A stretch of DNA of 36,862 nucleotides from an uncultured archaeon (GCA_964605745.1 CAZSDT010000001.1:27368-64229); one strand, 5' to 3'. Numbered from the stretch's first letter, positions 1 through 9,067 are shown. The notes: generated by a model not told the origin, from the sequence alone. Translations and numbers: made by a program.

Positions 1-117
1 TAAATTTTGTTTTTTTTTATTTACTTATTTTAGTTTTGTATAATTATTCTCTTTAACAAAACTTATATAAATCACTTCTTAGGGGTATTTGAAACTAAGT
101 TTTGTTTTAATGTATTT

Positions 118-1014
118 TTAGGCGCCTAGAAGTATTCCTAAAAGTATTGTGATTAGCATTAGCATAACTTGTGGGGGAAGGGCTGGTAAGGGTGTTTTGT
201 ATTTTGAAACAAATTGAAGGCTTAGTCCTAATCCTAAGAAACTCATTCCTAATATTAATCCAGCAATTAGCCAATTAAATCTAAATGGCCCATTAACAAG
301 CACACTTGCTGCTATTGCGAGTGGTATTACTAAATCTCCGTTTCCTAGTTCAAAGTTGTGTTGTTTTGTTGTTAGAGCAACTGTGAAAGCAAAATTGTTT
401 TGAGTGGATTCTTGTCCGATTTTCACCATGTGTTTTGTAAAGAAAACTGCCATTATATCATAAAGTGAAAGTATTGATACGAAAATAACTAATGGAATTA
501 AACCAAGGGAAATTCCAATATAAGCTCCTGCTCCCATTATTGCAATTCCTGCTGCCACACTTCTTATTGATACACTTTTAACTCGTGAATATCTTAGTAC
601 AAATACTATTGCAGTTAGTAGTAGTGCTATGATGTCATCTTTTGGAAAAAATGAAGAGAATACTATTAGTGAAGTAGAAAATATTGCCAGCATTTCTATT
701 GCCCAAAGAAATTTTTTTGTTCGCTTGAATTTTATTATTAACAAAAATAAAACAGTGGTTAGAATTATCATTCCAAATAAATAAAATCCGTTTATTGAAT
801 CGTTAATATTTTCGCTGAATATTGCTTCTGATATTCCTTGTGCGAAAAGATTTTTTGCAACAAATATTCCAATTAATTCAATTAATAGAAATGCAACTGC
901 TAATTTTAGAATTGCTTCTTTGCTTAGCCAAGTTTCTTCTTTTTGAGTGGATTTTTCAAGTAAGTTTTGTTTTTGAATTTTTTTTATTTGTTTATTTTTT
1001 TTCTTGCTTTTCAT
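118..1014 (-). CDS. Presenilin/signal-peptide-peptidase-like GxGD intramembrane aspartyl protease (archaeal PSH type)
   Basis: 298-aa polytopic membrane ORF. Catalytic-type motifs occur in the expected order in the C-terminal half: 'SLYDIMAVFF' (YD), 'LGNGDLVIPL' (GxGD), 'PLPALPP' (PAL). Confidence 0.75.
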   Translation of the reverse strand: MKSKKKNKQIKKIQKQNLLEKSTQKEETWLSKEAILKLAVAFLLIELIGIFVAKNLFAQGISEAIFSENINDSINGFYLFGMIILTTVLFLLIIKFKRTKKFLWAIEMLAIFSTSLIVFSSFFPKDDIIALLLTAIVFVLRYSRVKSVSIRSVAAGIAIMGAGAYIGISLGLIPLVIFVSILSLYDIMAVFFTKHMVKIGQESTQNNFAFTVALTTKQHNFELGNGDLVIPLAIAASVLVNGPFRFNWLIAGLILGMSFLGLGLSLQFVSKYKTPLPALPPQVMLMLITILLGILLGA

Positions 1015-1091
1015 CAGTTATTAGTGAGTCTTTTCTTATTTAAATTAGTAATTGTTTGAGTTTATTGGTTGCATTTGGATTTATTTTTTTT

Positions 1092-4000
1092 TTATTGTCC
1101 TGATTTGGTTGCAGTTGGTTTCCAAAAGTGGTGTCGTGGTGAGTAAATATCTCCTTTCTTTGCCAAATCTTCTATTGTTGTTTTTACTCGTTCTTCATCT
1201 ATTCCTTTTTCCATTGCTTTGAGTACAATTTCTTCTAATGGAACCATATCAATTCCAGTTCCCATTTGTTCTTTAATTATGTGCAAAATTTGACTTATCG
1301 CATTTTGTTTTGATTGTGTTATTCCTGTTGTAACTATATCAATATCAATTCTTCCTGTTTCAGGATCAGTTACTGTTTCTTCTAAAGATTTTTTCACAAG
1401 TCGAATTGCTCGTTCTGCATCCTGTATTTCTACAGTATCGCTTAATCGAACTCTCGCACTTGCTTCTGATAATCTTACTAATCCTTCTAATTGTCTTGCG
1501 GTTGCAGCGTATGCTCCTTGTTGTCTTCCTTGGTCACGCAGTCCGACATAAAAATCAGATATTCTATTAACCGCTTCTTCGCTTAATATTGGAAAACATT
1601 TTTGTCTTGCAAGTGAAACATATTTTTTAAATATTTCTGCATCAATTATTGGTTTTGTTCTTTTATCAATATCTTCTTTTTCTTCTTTTTGCAATGCTTG
1701 TCCTTTTTTTCCATATTGCATTAATTTTTCTCCACTTTGGTGTGTCTTTAGAATGTGTTCTGCAATTTTTGTGTCTTGAGTTTTATCTAAAACATCTCTT
1801 ATCATGAAAAATAAATCAAATCTTGAAATTAGTGATGGAGGTAAATCAATTTGTTCTAAAAATGGAGTGAATTTATCAAACCGGGAATATTTTGGATTTG
1901 CTGCTGCCAAGAGTGAAGTATCTGCTTTGAATCTTGAAACAATTCCTGCTTTTGCAACTGAAATAATTCCTTGTTCCATTGCTTCGTGTAATGCACTTCT
2001 ATCTTCTGGATCCATTTTATCAAGTTCATCTGCCATGCAGACTCCCCCCGAACTTAGTACTAATGCACCTGCTTTGAGAGTCCAACCTCCTTCTCCAAAT
2101 TCATCTTTAACAGCAGTTGCTGTTAGTCCAGCTCCCGAAGTTGTTTTTCCTGAAACGTAAATACTTTTGGGAGCAATTTTGTGTGCGGCTTGTAGTAGTT
2201 GTGATTTTCCACAATTGTGTGAAATTATTCCATTTGCAATAAATCTATGCGCACTTGGAACTTCAATATCATAAACGTCTTCAAGTCCGTGGTCAATTAT
2301 TTTTACGATTTTTTCACTTCTTTGTTGTCCAAATCTTTCGTGTTCTTCTGCATTTTTCATTGCTTGTTTCATTTTTTCATTTTTTTCTTTTGAAATAAAT
2401 CCTATTTTTTTACCAAATTTTTTAATTGATTCTCCTCTTCGTATCATTAAATTATTTTCTCCAACTATTCTTGCGTGTATGCTGTAACGGAGTAAAAGTA
2501 CTTGTACATCTCTTAGCATTTCAATATTTTTTGCTTTTAGTGAAACTGAGCGATTTCCTCTTCCTTTACTAAAAACACATCCATCTGCTTGGTAGAGCCA
2601 TTTTAAAAATTCAGTTACAACAAGATTTCCTGATTCCATTATTATTTTTGGAACCCTTTTTTCTCTTAGCATTAATAAGTTGTGTGCAATATCTTTTGAG
2701 TGTAATCCTACTCTGTGCATAATTTCATTTTTTCCTTTTTGTTTTTTTGATGTGATTGATGGTTTTATTTTAAATAAATTTTCACTTATGGTTACAAGTT
2801 TTGGAAGAATTTCTTTTTCGTGGTCAGCAACAACTAAATAGGCTTCTTTTTTTCGTACCCCTCCATCTCCAAGCATATATCCTAATAGTGCTCCTAATTC
2901 TGGAGTAACTTTTTTTGGTAGTGTTCCTTTAAATTTTGGGCCAAGTTTATTTTCAACATTAACAAAATTTGTTTCCACGGATGCGCTAATAGTACAGGGT
3001 ATATAATTTATTACTGCTACTTTGTCTTGTGGTTTAAATTCATCAAGTCTTTTCCATTCTCTTTTTATTTTTCCATTTTGTTTGCTTACACAAAGTAAGG
3101 GGTGGTCATGTGTTCCTTTTATGCTTTTTCCGCTTTCAGTAATTATTTCCATAACTTTTTTTTGTGGATAATAAAAGAAGGTTGTAGCTGTTTTTCTGCA
3201 TTTTCCACCTTCGCCTGTAAGAACTTGAAAATCTACTTCTTGTAAATGTTTTTCTCCCAAATCTTCTATCCTTTTTATTGCTCCATTTCCCATTACAACT
3301 CTTTCATCTCCAACAAGACACCCAGGGTCACCGATTAACAAAACGTGAATATTTCCTCTGATTTTTTGATCATTAGGTAAGTGTTTTGTTACTCCTCCAA
3401 ATAATTCAAGTGCAATACTTTCTTTTACAACATCATGTCCGTAAATTGCGGGGGCAATACTTTGTGCTAGCATTTCATAAATTTTTGGATCTTTTGAAAG
3501 TTTGTTTATTGCAATTTCTTCTTCTTTAGTAATATCTACTTCAGAAAATTCTTTTGCAGTTTCTTCTAAGGAATTTACTTCCAAGAATCTACCATAAACA
3601 GTTTTTTTATCTTTTTGCGGTGGAACTAATCTTAGTACTCCAACAAATTTTGTTTTGTCTCCTGCTGCAACTTTATTTACTAAATCATCACTAACATAAA
3701 CATCCAAATAAGTTGCTTGTTCATTTCCTTTTAATTTTTCCAAAGTTTCTTGTACTTGAACTTTTTGGTAATCAATAAATTCACTTTTTTCTTCTTCTAA
3801 ATTAAATTCTTTTGAATGACATTCGCACATATTAGGGGGGTGGAGTTGTTGTTTGTCTTGTGGAATTCTATAAACGTTTCCACATCTGCGACATTTCCAA
3901 ACAGCCATTGTTAATTTTGGTAATACATCTGTAATTTGTCTTACAAGTCCTTCAACACTTAACATTTTTCCAATGTGTTTTGAACCAACATTTCTTACAC

Positions 4001-4319
4001 TAATTTCTCTATCTCTTGGCATGTTGCTGAATCGCACATGCGGTTTGAATGTTTCAGTAGTAAGTGTGGGTAAGTGAATGTTTTGAATTGCTGTGTGTGC
4101 TGCTTCTAAAACTGCATCAGGACTATCTACTAATTCATCAGCTAAAGTAGGATCAAATTTTTCAAGTGTTTTAAAATCAACTGTTACGCTTCTTGTTTCA
4201 GGATAAGATTCAACAATTCGTTCTATTTGTTTTTTGTATTCAGTGTTAAAGAATTCTTCGAATCGTTCTACAAAAGGAGAGCCGTCTGACTTTTCTATTT
4301 CTTCTAAATTTATATCCAT
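1092..4319 (-). CDS. mcm: MCM replicative helicase, with an in-frame intein splitting the Walker A motif
   Basis: N-terminal Zn motif 'CRRCG...CECH'. Walker A is split as 'LLIGDPG|C...HN|CGKSQLL'. Walker B 'CMADELDKM', 'SRFDL' arginine-finger region, C-terminal winged-helix tail. The 1075-aa length is explained by a 369-aa insert. Confidence 0.95.
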   Translation of the reverse strand: MDINLEEIEKSDGSPFVERFEEFFNTEYKKQIERIVESYPETRSVTVDFKTLEKFDPTLADELVDSPDAVLEAAHTAIQNIHLPTLTTETFKPHVRFSNMPRDREISVRNVGSKHIGKMLSVEGLVRQITDVLPKLTMAVWKCRRCGNVYRIPQDKQQLHPPNMCECHSKEFNLEEEKSEFIDYQKVQVQETLEKLKGNEQATYLDVYVSDDLVNKVAAGDKTKFVGVLRLVPPQKDKKTVYGRFLEVNSLEETAKEFSEVDITKEEEIAINKLSKDPKIYEMLAQSIAPAIYGHDVVKESIALELFGGVTKHLPNDQKIRGNIHVLLIGDPGCLVGDERVVMGNGAIKRIEDLGEKHLQEVDFQVLTGEGGKCRKTATTFFYYPQKKVMEIITESGKSIKGTHDHPLLCVSKQNGKIKREWKRLDEFKPQDKVAVINYIPCTISASVETNFVNVENKLGPKFKGTLPKKVTPELGALLGYMLGDGGVRKKEAYLVVADHEKEILPKLVTISENLFKIKPSITSKKQKGKNEIMHRVGLHSKDIAHNLLMLREKRVPKIIMESGNLVVTEFLKWLYQADGCVFSKGRGNRSVSLKAKNIEMLRDVQVLLLRYSIHARIVGENNLMIRRGESIKKFGKKIGFISKEKNEKMKQAMKNAEEHERFGQQRSEKIVKIIDHGLEDVYDIEVPSAHRFIANGIISHNCGKSQLLQAAHKIAPKSIYVSGKTTSGAGLTATAVKDEFGEGGWTLKAGALVLSSGGVCMADELDKMDPEDRSALHEAMEQGIISVAKAGIVSRFKADTSLLAAANPKYSRFDKFTPFLEQIDLPPSLISRFDLFFMIRDVLDKTQDTKIAEHILKTHQSGEKLMQYGKKGQALQKEEKEDIDKRTKPIIDAEIFKKYVSLARQKCFPILSEEAVNRISDFYVGLRDQGRQQGAYAATARQLEGLVRLSEASARVRLSDTVEIQDAERAIRLVKKSLEETVTDPETGRIDIDIVTTGITQSKQNAISQILHIIKEQMGTGIDMVPLEEIVLKAMEKGIDEERVKTTIEDLAKKGDIYSPRHHFWKPTATKSGQ
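2214..3320 (-). mobile_element. Intein (369 aa) with LAGLIDADG homing-endonuclease domain, inserted in the MCM P-loop
   Basis: Starts with Cys ('CLVGDERVV', codon TGT at 3318-3320). Block B 'GTHDHPLL'. Two LAGLIDADG-type motifs ('LGYMLGDGGV', 'FLKWLYQADGCV'). C-terminal 'VYDIEVP...FIANGIISHN' followed by +1 Cys (Asn codon at 2214-2216). Removing it restores GDPG-CGKSQ. Confidence 0.9.
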
Positions 4320-4613
4320 ATATCCCCAACTCTTCTACAAACTTTTACTTAGTAAGTGCTCTTTAAATCTTTCTAATCCTTTTTGCCGACGTATTTGTTT
4401 TTGGGGCAAAACTTTTTTTAATTATGTTGCCTTTTTTAAAGTCTTGCTCCGGTTTTAGAGCCATTTTTGAATTTTAAAGAAAAAAAGTGTTGGGGCACAC
4501 CAAATAACCATTTTGGCATGTTTTTTTTTCTTCGCATAATATAGGGGATAGGTTTGATTAATACTTTAAGGGTTTGGATTCTAAACCATCTTCCTTTTTG
4601 AAGAAAAAGAAAT

Positions 4614-5063
4614 TCAAACCATGTAGAGGTTTGCTTTTATTGCTTTAGCAGTTTCTATTAATTCTAATGGTTTAGTTTTTCTTCGCTGTTCATCAATTCT
4701 AATGTTATCTGCGTGTTTTCTAGGGATTAAGTGAAAGTGTGTGTGCATTATACATTGTCCCGCAGCTTTGCCATTGTTTTGAATTAAATTTATTCCTTCT
4801 GCATTAGTGGCTTTTAGTATTGCTTTTGTTAGTTTTTGCATAGCTTTGGATATTTCAATTAAGTAAGGTTCTTCAATATCAGTTAAATCCTTAAAATGTT
4901 TTTTTGGAATTATCAAAGTGTGTCCATTTAATTCACCCGCAGGATTGATGTCAAGTAGTGCCATTACTTTTTCGTTTTCAAATACGATTTCGCAAGGAAT
5001 TTCGTGTTTTGCGAATTTGCAAAACAAACACTCTTTTTCAAAGCCAGTCATTTTATCTTTCAC
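4614..5063 (-). CDS. HIT (histidine triad) family nucleotide hydrolase/transferase
   Basis: Histidine triad 'HTHFHLIPR', N-terminal 'CLFCKF' motif, ~150 aa as is typical for HIT/Hint proteins. Confidence 0.9.
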   Translation of the reverse strand: MKDKMTGFEKECLFCKFAKHEIPCEIVFENEKVMALLDINPAGELNGHTLIIPKKHFKDLTDIEEPYLIEISKAMQKLTKAILKATNAEGINLIQNNGKAAGQCIMHTHFHLIPRKHADNIRIDEQRRKTKPLELIETAKAIKANLYMV

Positions 5064-5155
5064 CTTTTTTATTTGAATAAGTTAAGTGTTAAGTTCTTTT
5101 AATGTTTTTTGGTGTGGGGCAAAATTAGAATGTAGATTAATAAATTAATTTTTTT

Positions 5156-5188
5156 AAAAAAAGATAAAAAACTGGGGTTTCCCCCAGT
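5156..5188 (-). terminator. Terminator-like hairpin plus U-tract downstream of the 5203-5898 gene
   Basis: Perfect 7-bp stem actgggg(5171-5177)/ccccagt(5182-5188) with loop tttc. On the minus strand it is followed by TTTTTATCTTTTTTT. Confidence 0.5.
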
Positions 5189-5202
5189 CTTCAAAATTAT
5201 AT

Positions 5203-5898
5203 TTATTCTTTCACTACTTGTGCTAGGATACTATATTGTGTTGTTGTTAGTGCGAATAATACTCCGCCCGTTATTATTGCTGATAATATCCATCCTAATA
5301 CTGGAATCATCGCTAATATTACACTTATTATTCCTGCAACTAGTGATAGTACTATTGCATAAACGAAGATTACTATTAGTGATATTATGTAATCCATAGT
5401 TAATGCGTTTTTTACTACACTTCCAATTGCGAAAGCTGCGCCTATTTTTCCTTTCTTCAACCATTTCATTATTGCCATTGGCAGTAAGAATACTGCTATT
5501 AGTAGAAGGATTCCTCCAACTAAAATTATTGGTCCGCCAATCATTATGCTTGGCAATATTGAATTCATTATTGCAGTCATGTCGCTCGGATTAGTCAGTA
5601 TTGTTGGTAATGCTGTCATTACTGCGCTTCCAATTCCTATTGCAATTATTATTGCTGGAATTATCATGTAAACTATTTGGATTATTATCATCATTATTAA
5701 TTTTATAATGTAATCCATTACATCATCTATTGCCCATGCTCTTAACTTATTTTTTTTGCTCATAACATCTTCGGCTGTTTTTGCACCGTATCCACTTACA
5801 AGCATACTAACTAGAGGTATTGCGCCTATTATTGCTCCAATTCCTAAAGTTTTTAAGTCAGAGAATGGTTTTTTCATTGCTTCTACGTAATCTACCAT
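5203..5898 (-). CDS. Polytopic membrane protein of unknown function (DUF4013-like by recollection)
   Basis: 231-aa ORF that is almost entirely hydrophobic helices. The N-terminus 'VEAMKKPFSD...LGIGAIIGAIPLV' resembles archaeal DUF4013 proteins. The family assignment is unverified. Confidence 0.6.
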   Translation of the reverse strand: MVDYVEAMKKPFSDLKTLGIGAIIGAIPLVSMLVSGYGAKTAEDVMSKKNKLRAWAIDDVMDYIIKLIMMIIIQIVYMIIPAIIIAIGIGSAVMTALPTILTNPSDMTAIMNSILPSIMIGGPIILVGGILLLIAVFLLPMAIMKWLKKGKIGAAFAIGSVVKNALTMDYIISLIVIFVYAIVLSLVAGIISVILAMIPVLGWILSAIITGGVLFALTTTQYSILAQVVKE

Positions 5899-5990
5899 TT
5901 AGTTCACTCTCCATTTTTCTTTGAAGCTTTTTGTGCTGCGTTTGATTCAATTGAATAAGCCCCAAAGTATTTAGAAGTAGAGTTATTCTG

Positions 5991-6287
5991 CTATTTAACG
6001 CTTTCTTTAAGGGTTGCTAATATTGTTCGTGCTAACTCGCGGGCTTTAGTTTCGTCCCTTTCTCCTCGAATTAGAAGTTTTCCTGAAGGGAATAAAGAAA
6101 TTGTGGCATAATTAAGTTTTAGCATTAAAAGTACTTTTGTTTTAACTTCAACAGTTGCTGTGCTAGTAGTTATTTCTTCGCAAGCCTTTTCTAAATCAAT
6201 TATGACTTGTTTTTTTGGTAAAAATTCATAAGCCATTTTTGTTCGGCATGGTTTTCCAGTGTACTGTGCAATTTCCATATTTTTCAA
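5991..6287 (-). CDS. Small alpha/beta protein with a TBP-repeat-like segment; function unknown
   Basis: 98-aa ORF. 'ISLFPSGKLLIRGERDETKARELA' resembles the TBP-fold repeat (IFxSGKxxxTGAKxxxxA). Lies immediately downstream of the ThiI-like gene. Confidence 0.5.
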   Translation of the reverse strand: MKNMEIAQYTGKPCRTKMAYEFLPKKQVIIDLEKACEEITTSTATVEVKTKVLLMLKLNYATISLFPSGKLLIRGERDETKARELARTILATLKESVK

Positions 6288-6302
6288 CTCAATTAAATTT
6301 AT

Positions 6303-6968
6303 TTATTTACATATATTTACTTGGTTTAAGAATTCTATTTTTTGATTTGTATCTTCAATAGTTATTTTTTTAAGTACTCGTTCTATTAGTTCTTCCATTT
6401 TGCATTTTTCTTCTTCAATTAGTAATTGTTCTATTGTGCTTTGTGTTCGTGGATTTCCGCTTGCAAGTGCATCACACATTTCCGCTCCTTTGGATGTTTC
6501 AAAATAATTATATTTTTTGCTTAAATCAATTATTTCTTGTTTACTATTAAATAAAACTGGTCGAAGTATTTCTATTTTTGTGCTTTGGTTTATTGTATTT
6601 AAATTACTTAAAGTTTGTGAAGATACTTGGCCTAAACTTTCCCCGCTAATCAAATAATTAATATCTTTTTCATTAGCAATTTTTTCTGCAACTCTCATCA
6701 TGAATCTTTTAATTAAAATAAAATAATATTCTCGATAACTCTTATCTGCAATTTCCTTAAATTCTTCTCCTGAGTTTACAACAATCATTTCTTTTAATCC
6801 AATCAACTTACATAGAGCAATTGATTTTAGTTTTGGGGTGGCATCGGTGAATGGTTCTTGGGAGAAGTGAATTGCACTTAATTTGTATCCTTTTTCGATT
6901 GCAAGTTTTCCAGCAACTGGTGAATCAATTCCTCCTGAAATTAGAAGGAGTGCTTTTTTAGTTTTCAT
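6303..6968 (-). CDS. Stand-alone ThiI-like PP-loop ATP pyrophosphatase (tRNA sulfurtransferase catalytic domain, no THUMP domain)
   Basis: PP-loop 'LLISGGIDSPVAGKL'. 'SGESLGQVSSQTL' is typical of ThiI. Only 221 aa, so it lacks the N-terminal ferredoxin-like/THUMP part. Confidence 0.8.
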   Translation of the reverse strand: MKTKKALLLISGGIDSPVAGKLAIEKGYKLSAIHFSQEPFTDATPKLKSIALCKLIGLKEMIVVNSGEEFKEIADKSYREYYFILIKRFMMRVAEKIANEKDINYLISGESLGQVSSQTLSNLNTINQSTKIEILRPVLFNSKQEIIDLSKKYNYFETSKGAEMCDALASGNPRTQSTIEQLLIEEEKCKMEELIERVLKKITIEDTNQKIEFLNQVNICK

Positions 6969-7447
6969 TTTGTTCCTTTAGTAGTTCCTTTTATTTTTAA
7001 TCCACTTTCTATAAGACACTTTTGATAAATTCCTTTTTTGGCAAGCCCCTCTTCTTCAAGTGCGATTAGTCCTTGTCTTATTGCTGTTATTCCTAAAACC
7101 GTGTGCATCAACCTAATGGTTTCGTTTGATAATCCTGTTTGTCTTTGGTTTATTAATAAATTAAATCGGTTGGTAGTTAATTCAACCCTTTTTAAAAATA
7201 GAGATACATTTTGTATTAGTGTTTTTTCTTGAATGGGTGTAAGAGGTTTTCCAATTTCAAGAAACTTAAGAATTCTTTTTTGTAATGTTTGATTTGTTTT
7301 TATGAGTGGAGAAATTATTTTTTGTCTTTTGCTAATTAGTGCAGCAGCTTTTTTATTGTGTGTTTTTAATATTCCTTTTTGTTCATACATCAATTCGCTG
7401 TTGTATATTTTTTCTTTTTTTAAAGTTCGGTAAGTTAGTAGAGTCAT
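6965..7447 (-). CDS. Hypothetical protein (helical, basic)
   Basis: 160-aa ORF whose stop overlaps the start of the ThiI-like gene by 4 nt (translational coupling). No motif recognised. Confidence 0.55.
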   Translation of the reverse strand: MTLLTYRTLKKEKIYNSELMYEQKGILKTHNKKAAALISKRQKIISPLIKTNQTLQKRILKFLEIGKPLTPIQEKTLIQNVSLFLKRVELTTNRFNLLINQRQTGLSNETIRLMHTVLGITAIRQGLIALEEEGLAKKGIYQKCLIESGLKIKGTTKGTK

Positions 7448-7574
7448 ATAAAATATACTCGGGTAATAGTAATTAATAAGTTTGCTTTTTTTTTAAATTT
7501 CTTTAAATAAAGTCACTTTTAGTCTTTGTATCAATTTTTTAAAATTCATTTTACTTGTGTGTATGTTTTTATTT

Positions 7575-7613
7575 CAAAAAAAGATTTGAAAAGGAAAAGC
7601 AAATTGTGCTTTT
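7575..7613 (-). terminator. Hairpin overlapping the aIF5A stop codon, followed by a U7 tract
   Basis: Stem aaaagca(7595-7601)/tgctttt(7607-7613), loop aattg. A7 at 7576-7582 on the plus strand gives U7 on the transcript. Confidence 0.4.
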
Positions 7614-8007
7614 ACCTTTTTCTTACAATTTTAATTGCTGTACCATATTTTTGGTATTCTACTTGGTCTCCGGATTTTAGAGTAGGAACATCTTCACCTG
7701 GTTTTGGTGCATCGTATGTTTCGTAAGTTGTAGAATCCATTAATTGGATTACCTCTCCCATTACTGCAACTATTTGTCCATCTCCTTTTGGAACCAATGG
7801 AACTTCTACTTCTCCGTCAGTTGCTTTCAATAATCCTCTTTTTTGTTGTGTAAAAATATTAAATGCTACTATTCTAACTTTTGCTGCTCCGTGTTTTCCC
7901 GGTTTTGATTTTTCAGTTGTCTTTACTTGACAAACTTCTCCATCAATTAATACTAAATGACCTGGTTTTAATTGTCCAGCTTGCTCAAATTTTTTTTCGT
8001 CAACCAT
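7612..8007 (-). CDS. eif5a: Translation initiation factor 5A (aIF5A)
   Basis: Hypusination-site motif 'SKPGKHGAAKVRIV'; SH3-like N-domain plus OB C-domain; length 131 aa. Confidence 0.95.
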   Translation of the reverse strand: MVDEKKFEQAGQLKPGHLVLIDGEVCQVKTTEKSKPGKHGAAKVRIVAFNIFTQQKRGLLKATDGEVEVPLVPKGDGQIVAVMGEVIQLMDSTTYETYDAPKPGEDVPTLKSGDQVEYQKYGTAIKIVRKR

Positions 8008-8050
8008 TTGTCCTCACTCCGACTCTTTTTCAGATTTATCACTCGAGAAG

Positions 8051-8058
8051 TTTATAAA
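8051..8058 (-). promoter_or_regulatory. TATA box of the aIF5A promoter
   Basis: The minus strand reads CTTTTATAAAC 44-51 nt upstream of the ATG. The sequence and spacing match the boxes upstream of eL15, eL43 and the transposase. GGAGTGAGG Shine-Dalgarno lies before the ATG. Confidence 0.5.
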
Positions 8059-8272
8059 AGCAATGTTTGGGGCGTTTTTAGAAGTTTTATGCTCGGCTTT
8101 TCCCTTAATTTTAAGTTCTTTAATTAAGGTAAATCTCTAATATTAATGCATTTCTGTTGTTTTTAACTTTTAGTAAATTATTTGAATAAGTTTTGTATAA
8201 ATTTGACAATTTTGGTTGGATTTATGTTGGTGATTTGATAAGTTAAGTAAAGAATTTTTTACATTACTTAAA

Positions 8273-9013
8273 TTATATCTTTCCTTCTAAGTATTTTTTC
8301 CTTTTTGCTTCTGGAAATTTTTCAATCGCATATCTTAGCATTGTTCTTGGCATTAATTTGTAATTCTCTTTTAAAAAATTTTCTTCAGTATTTAAATCTC
8401 TTTTGCCGATTTCGCGCAGCATCCACCCTACAGCTTTTTGAATTAAATCGTGTTCATCACAAAGAAGAATTTTTGCAATACTCAAGGATTGTTCAAAATC
8501 TTTTCTGTAAATAAAATAATAACAACTAATCATTGCAACTCGCTTGTCCCAAATTAAATTTGAGATGGATAATTTGTTTAAAATTAGAATTTCATTTCTG
8601 TGTTCAAACAAATATTTCCCAATAATATGGTGTGAACTTAAATCAACTAAATCCCAATTGTTAATATATTTTGTATTTTTTAAATAAAAATTAAAGATTT
8701 TTTTTTGCTCTTCTTCTGTTGTTTCTTTGTTTTCAAATTTCAAAACAAGTATAAGTAATGCACATAATCTTTCTTCATGTATTTTTGAGTGAAGTAATTG
8801 TTCTGTTTCTTCTAAACTCATTTTTTTAAAATATTTTTTTGCAATAGTTCTTGTAATTGGAACAGTTATTCCGTAAAAAATGTCTCCATATCCGTATTCG
8901 CTTTTTTTGGTTTTGAAGAACTTTTCAAGCACTTTTTTCTTTAATGGGTTTTGCAAGTCTTTCATTTCTTTCTTTATACTTTTTAAGGTTTGCATAACTT
9001 TATTGCTATGCAA
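8273..9013 (-). CDS. DNA alkylation repair protein (AlkD/AlkC-like HEAT-repeat glycosylase family)
   Basis: All-helical 246-aa protein. 'FFKTKKSEYGYGDIFYGITVP', 'NNWDLVDLSSHHIIGKY', 'WDKRVAMIS' and 'KAVGWMLREIGK' match the DNA_alkylation family pattern as I recall it. Confidence 0.7.
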   Translation of the reverse strand: MHSNKVMQTLKSIKKEMKDLQNPLKKKVLEKFFKTKKSEYGYGDIFYGITVPITRTIAKKYFKKMSLEETEQLLHSKIHEERLCALLILVLKFENKETTEEEQKKIFNFYLKNTKYINNWDLVDLSSHHIIGKYLFEHRNEILILNKLSISNLIWDKRVAMISCYYFIYRKDFEQSLSIAKILLCDEHDLIQKAVGWMLREIGKRDLNTEENFLKENYKLMPRTMLRYAIEKFPEAKRKKYLEGKI

Positions 9014-9067
9014 GGTTTTTTATTGGGTTTTTAACAAATATTAGTTAAAGATGGGGTGTGTTTTCTA

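Noticed and set aside
822-1043. Many 60-120-aa track ORFs lie antisense to or inside larger genes. Examples: 822-1043, 1804-2160, 4234-4458, 5231-5464, 5403-5594, 7038-7232, 7526-7726, 8305-8514, 11445-11630, 12487-12672, 13823-14098, 14258-14479, 15546-15734, 17097-17285, 17245-17460, 17900-18106, 18660-18986, 19680-19958, 22074-22271, 23730-23945, 23834-24094, 25041-25265, 26444-26635, 27172-27360, 27414-27599, 28259-28450, 28582-28773, 29231-29443, 29852-30187, 30688-30921, 30997-31206, 31203-31391, 33311-33511, 34094-34399, 34308-34649, 34568-34786, 35125-35352, 35373-35558.
   Set aside because: All overlap well-supported genes on the opposite strand or in another frame. Their low-complexity Leu/Phe/Ser/Ile-rich translations are typical of shadow ORFs in AT-rich DNA, and they have no motifs or Shine-Dalgarno/TATA context.
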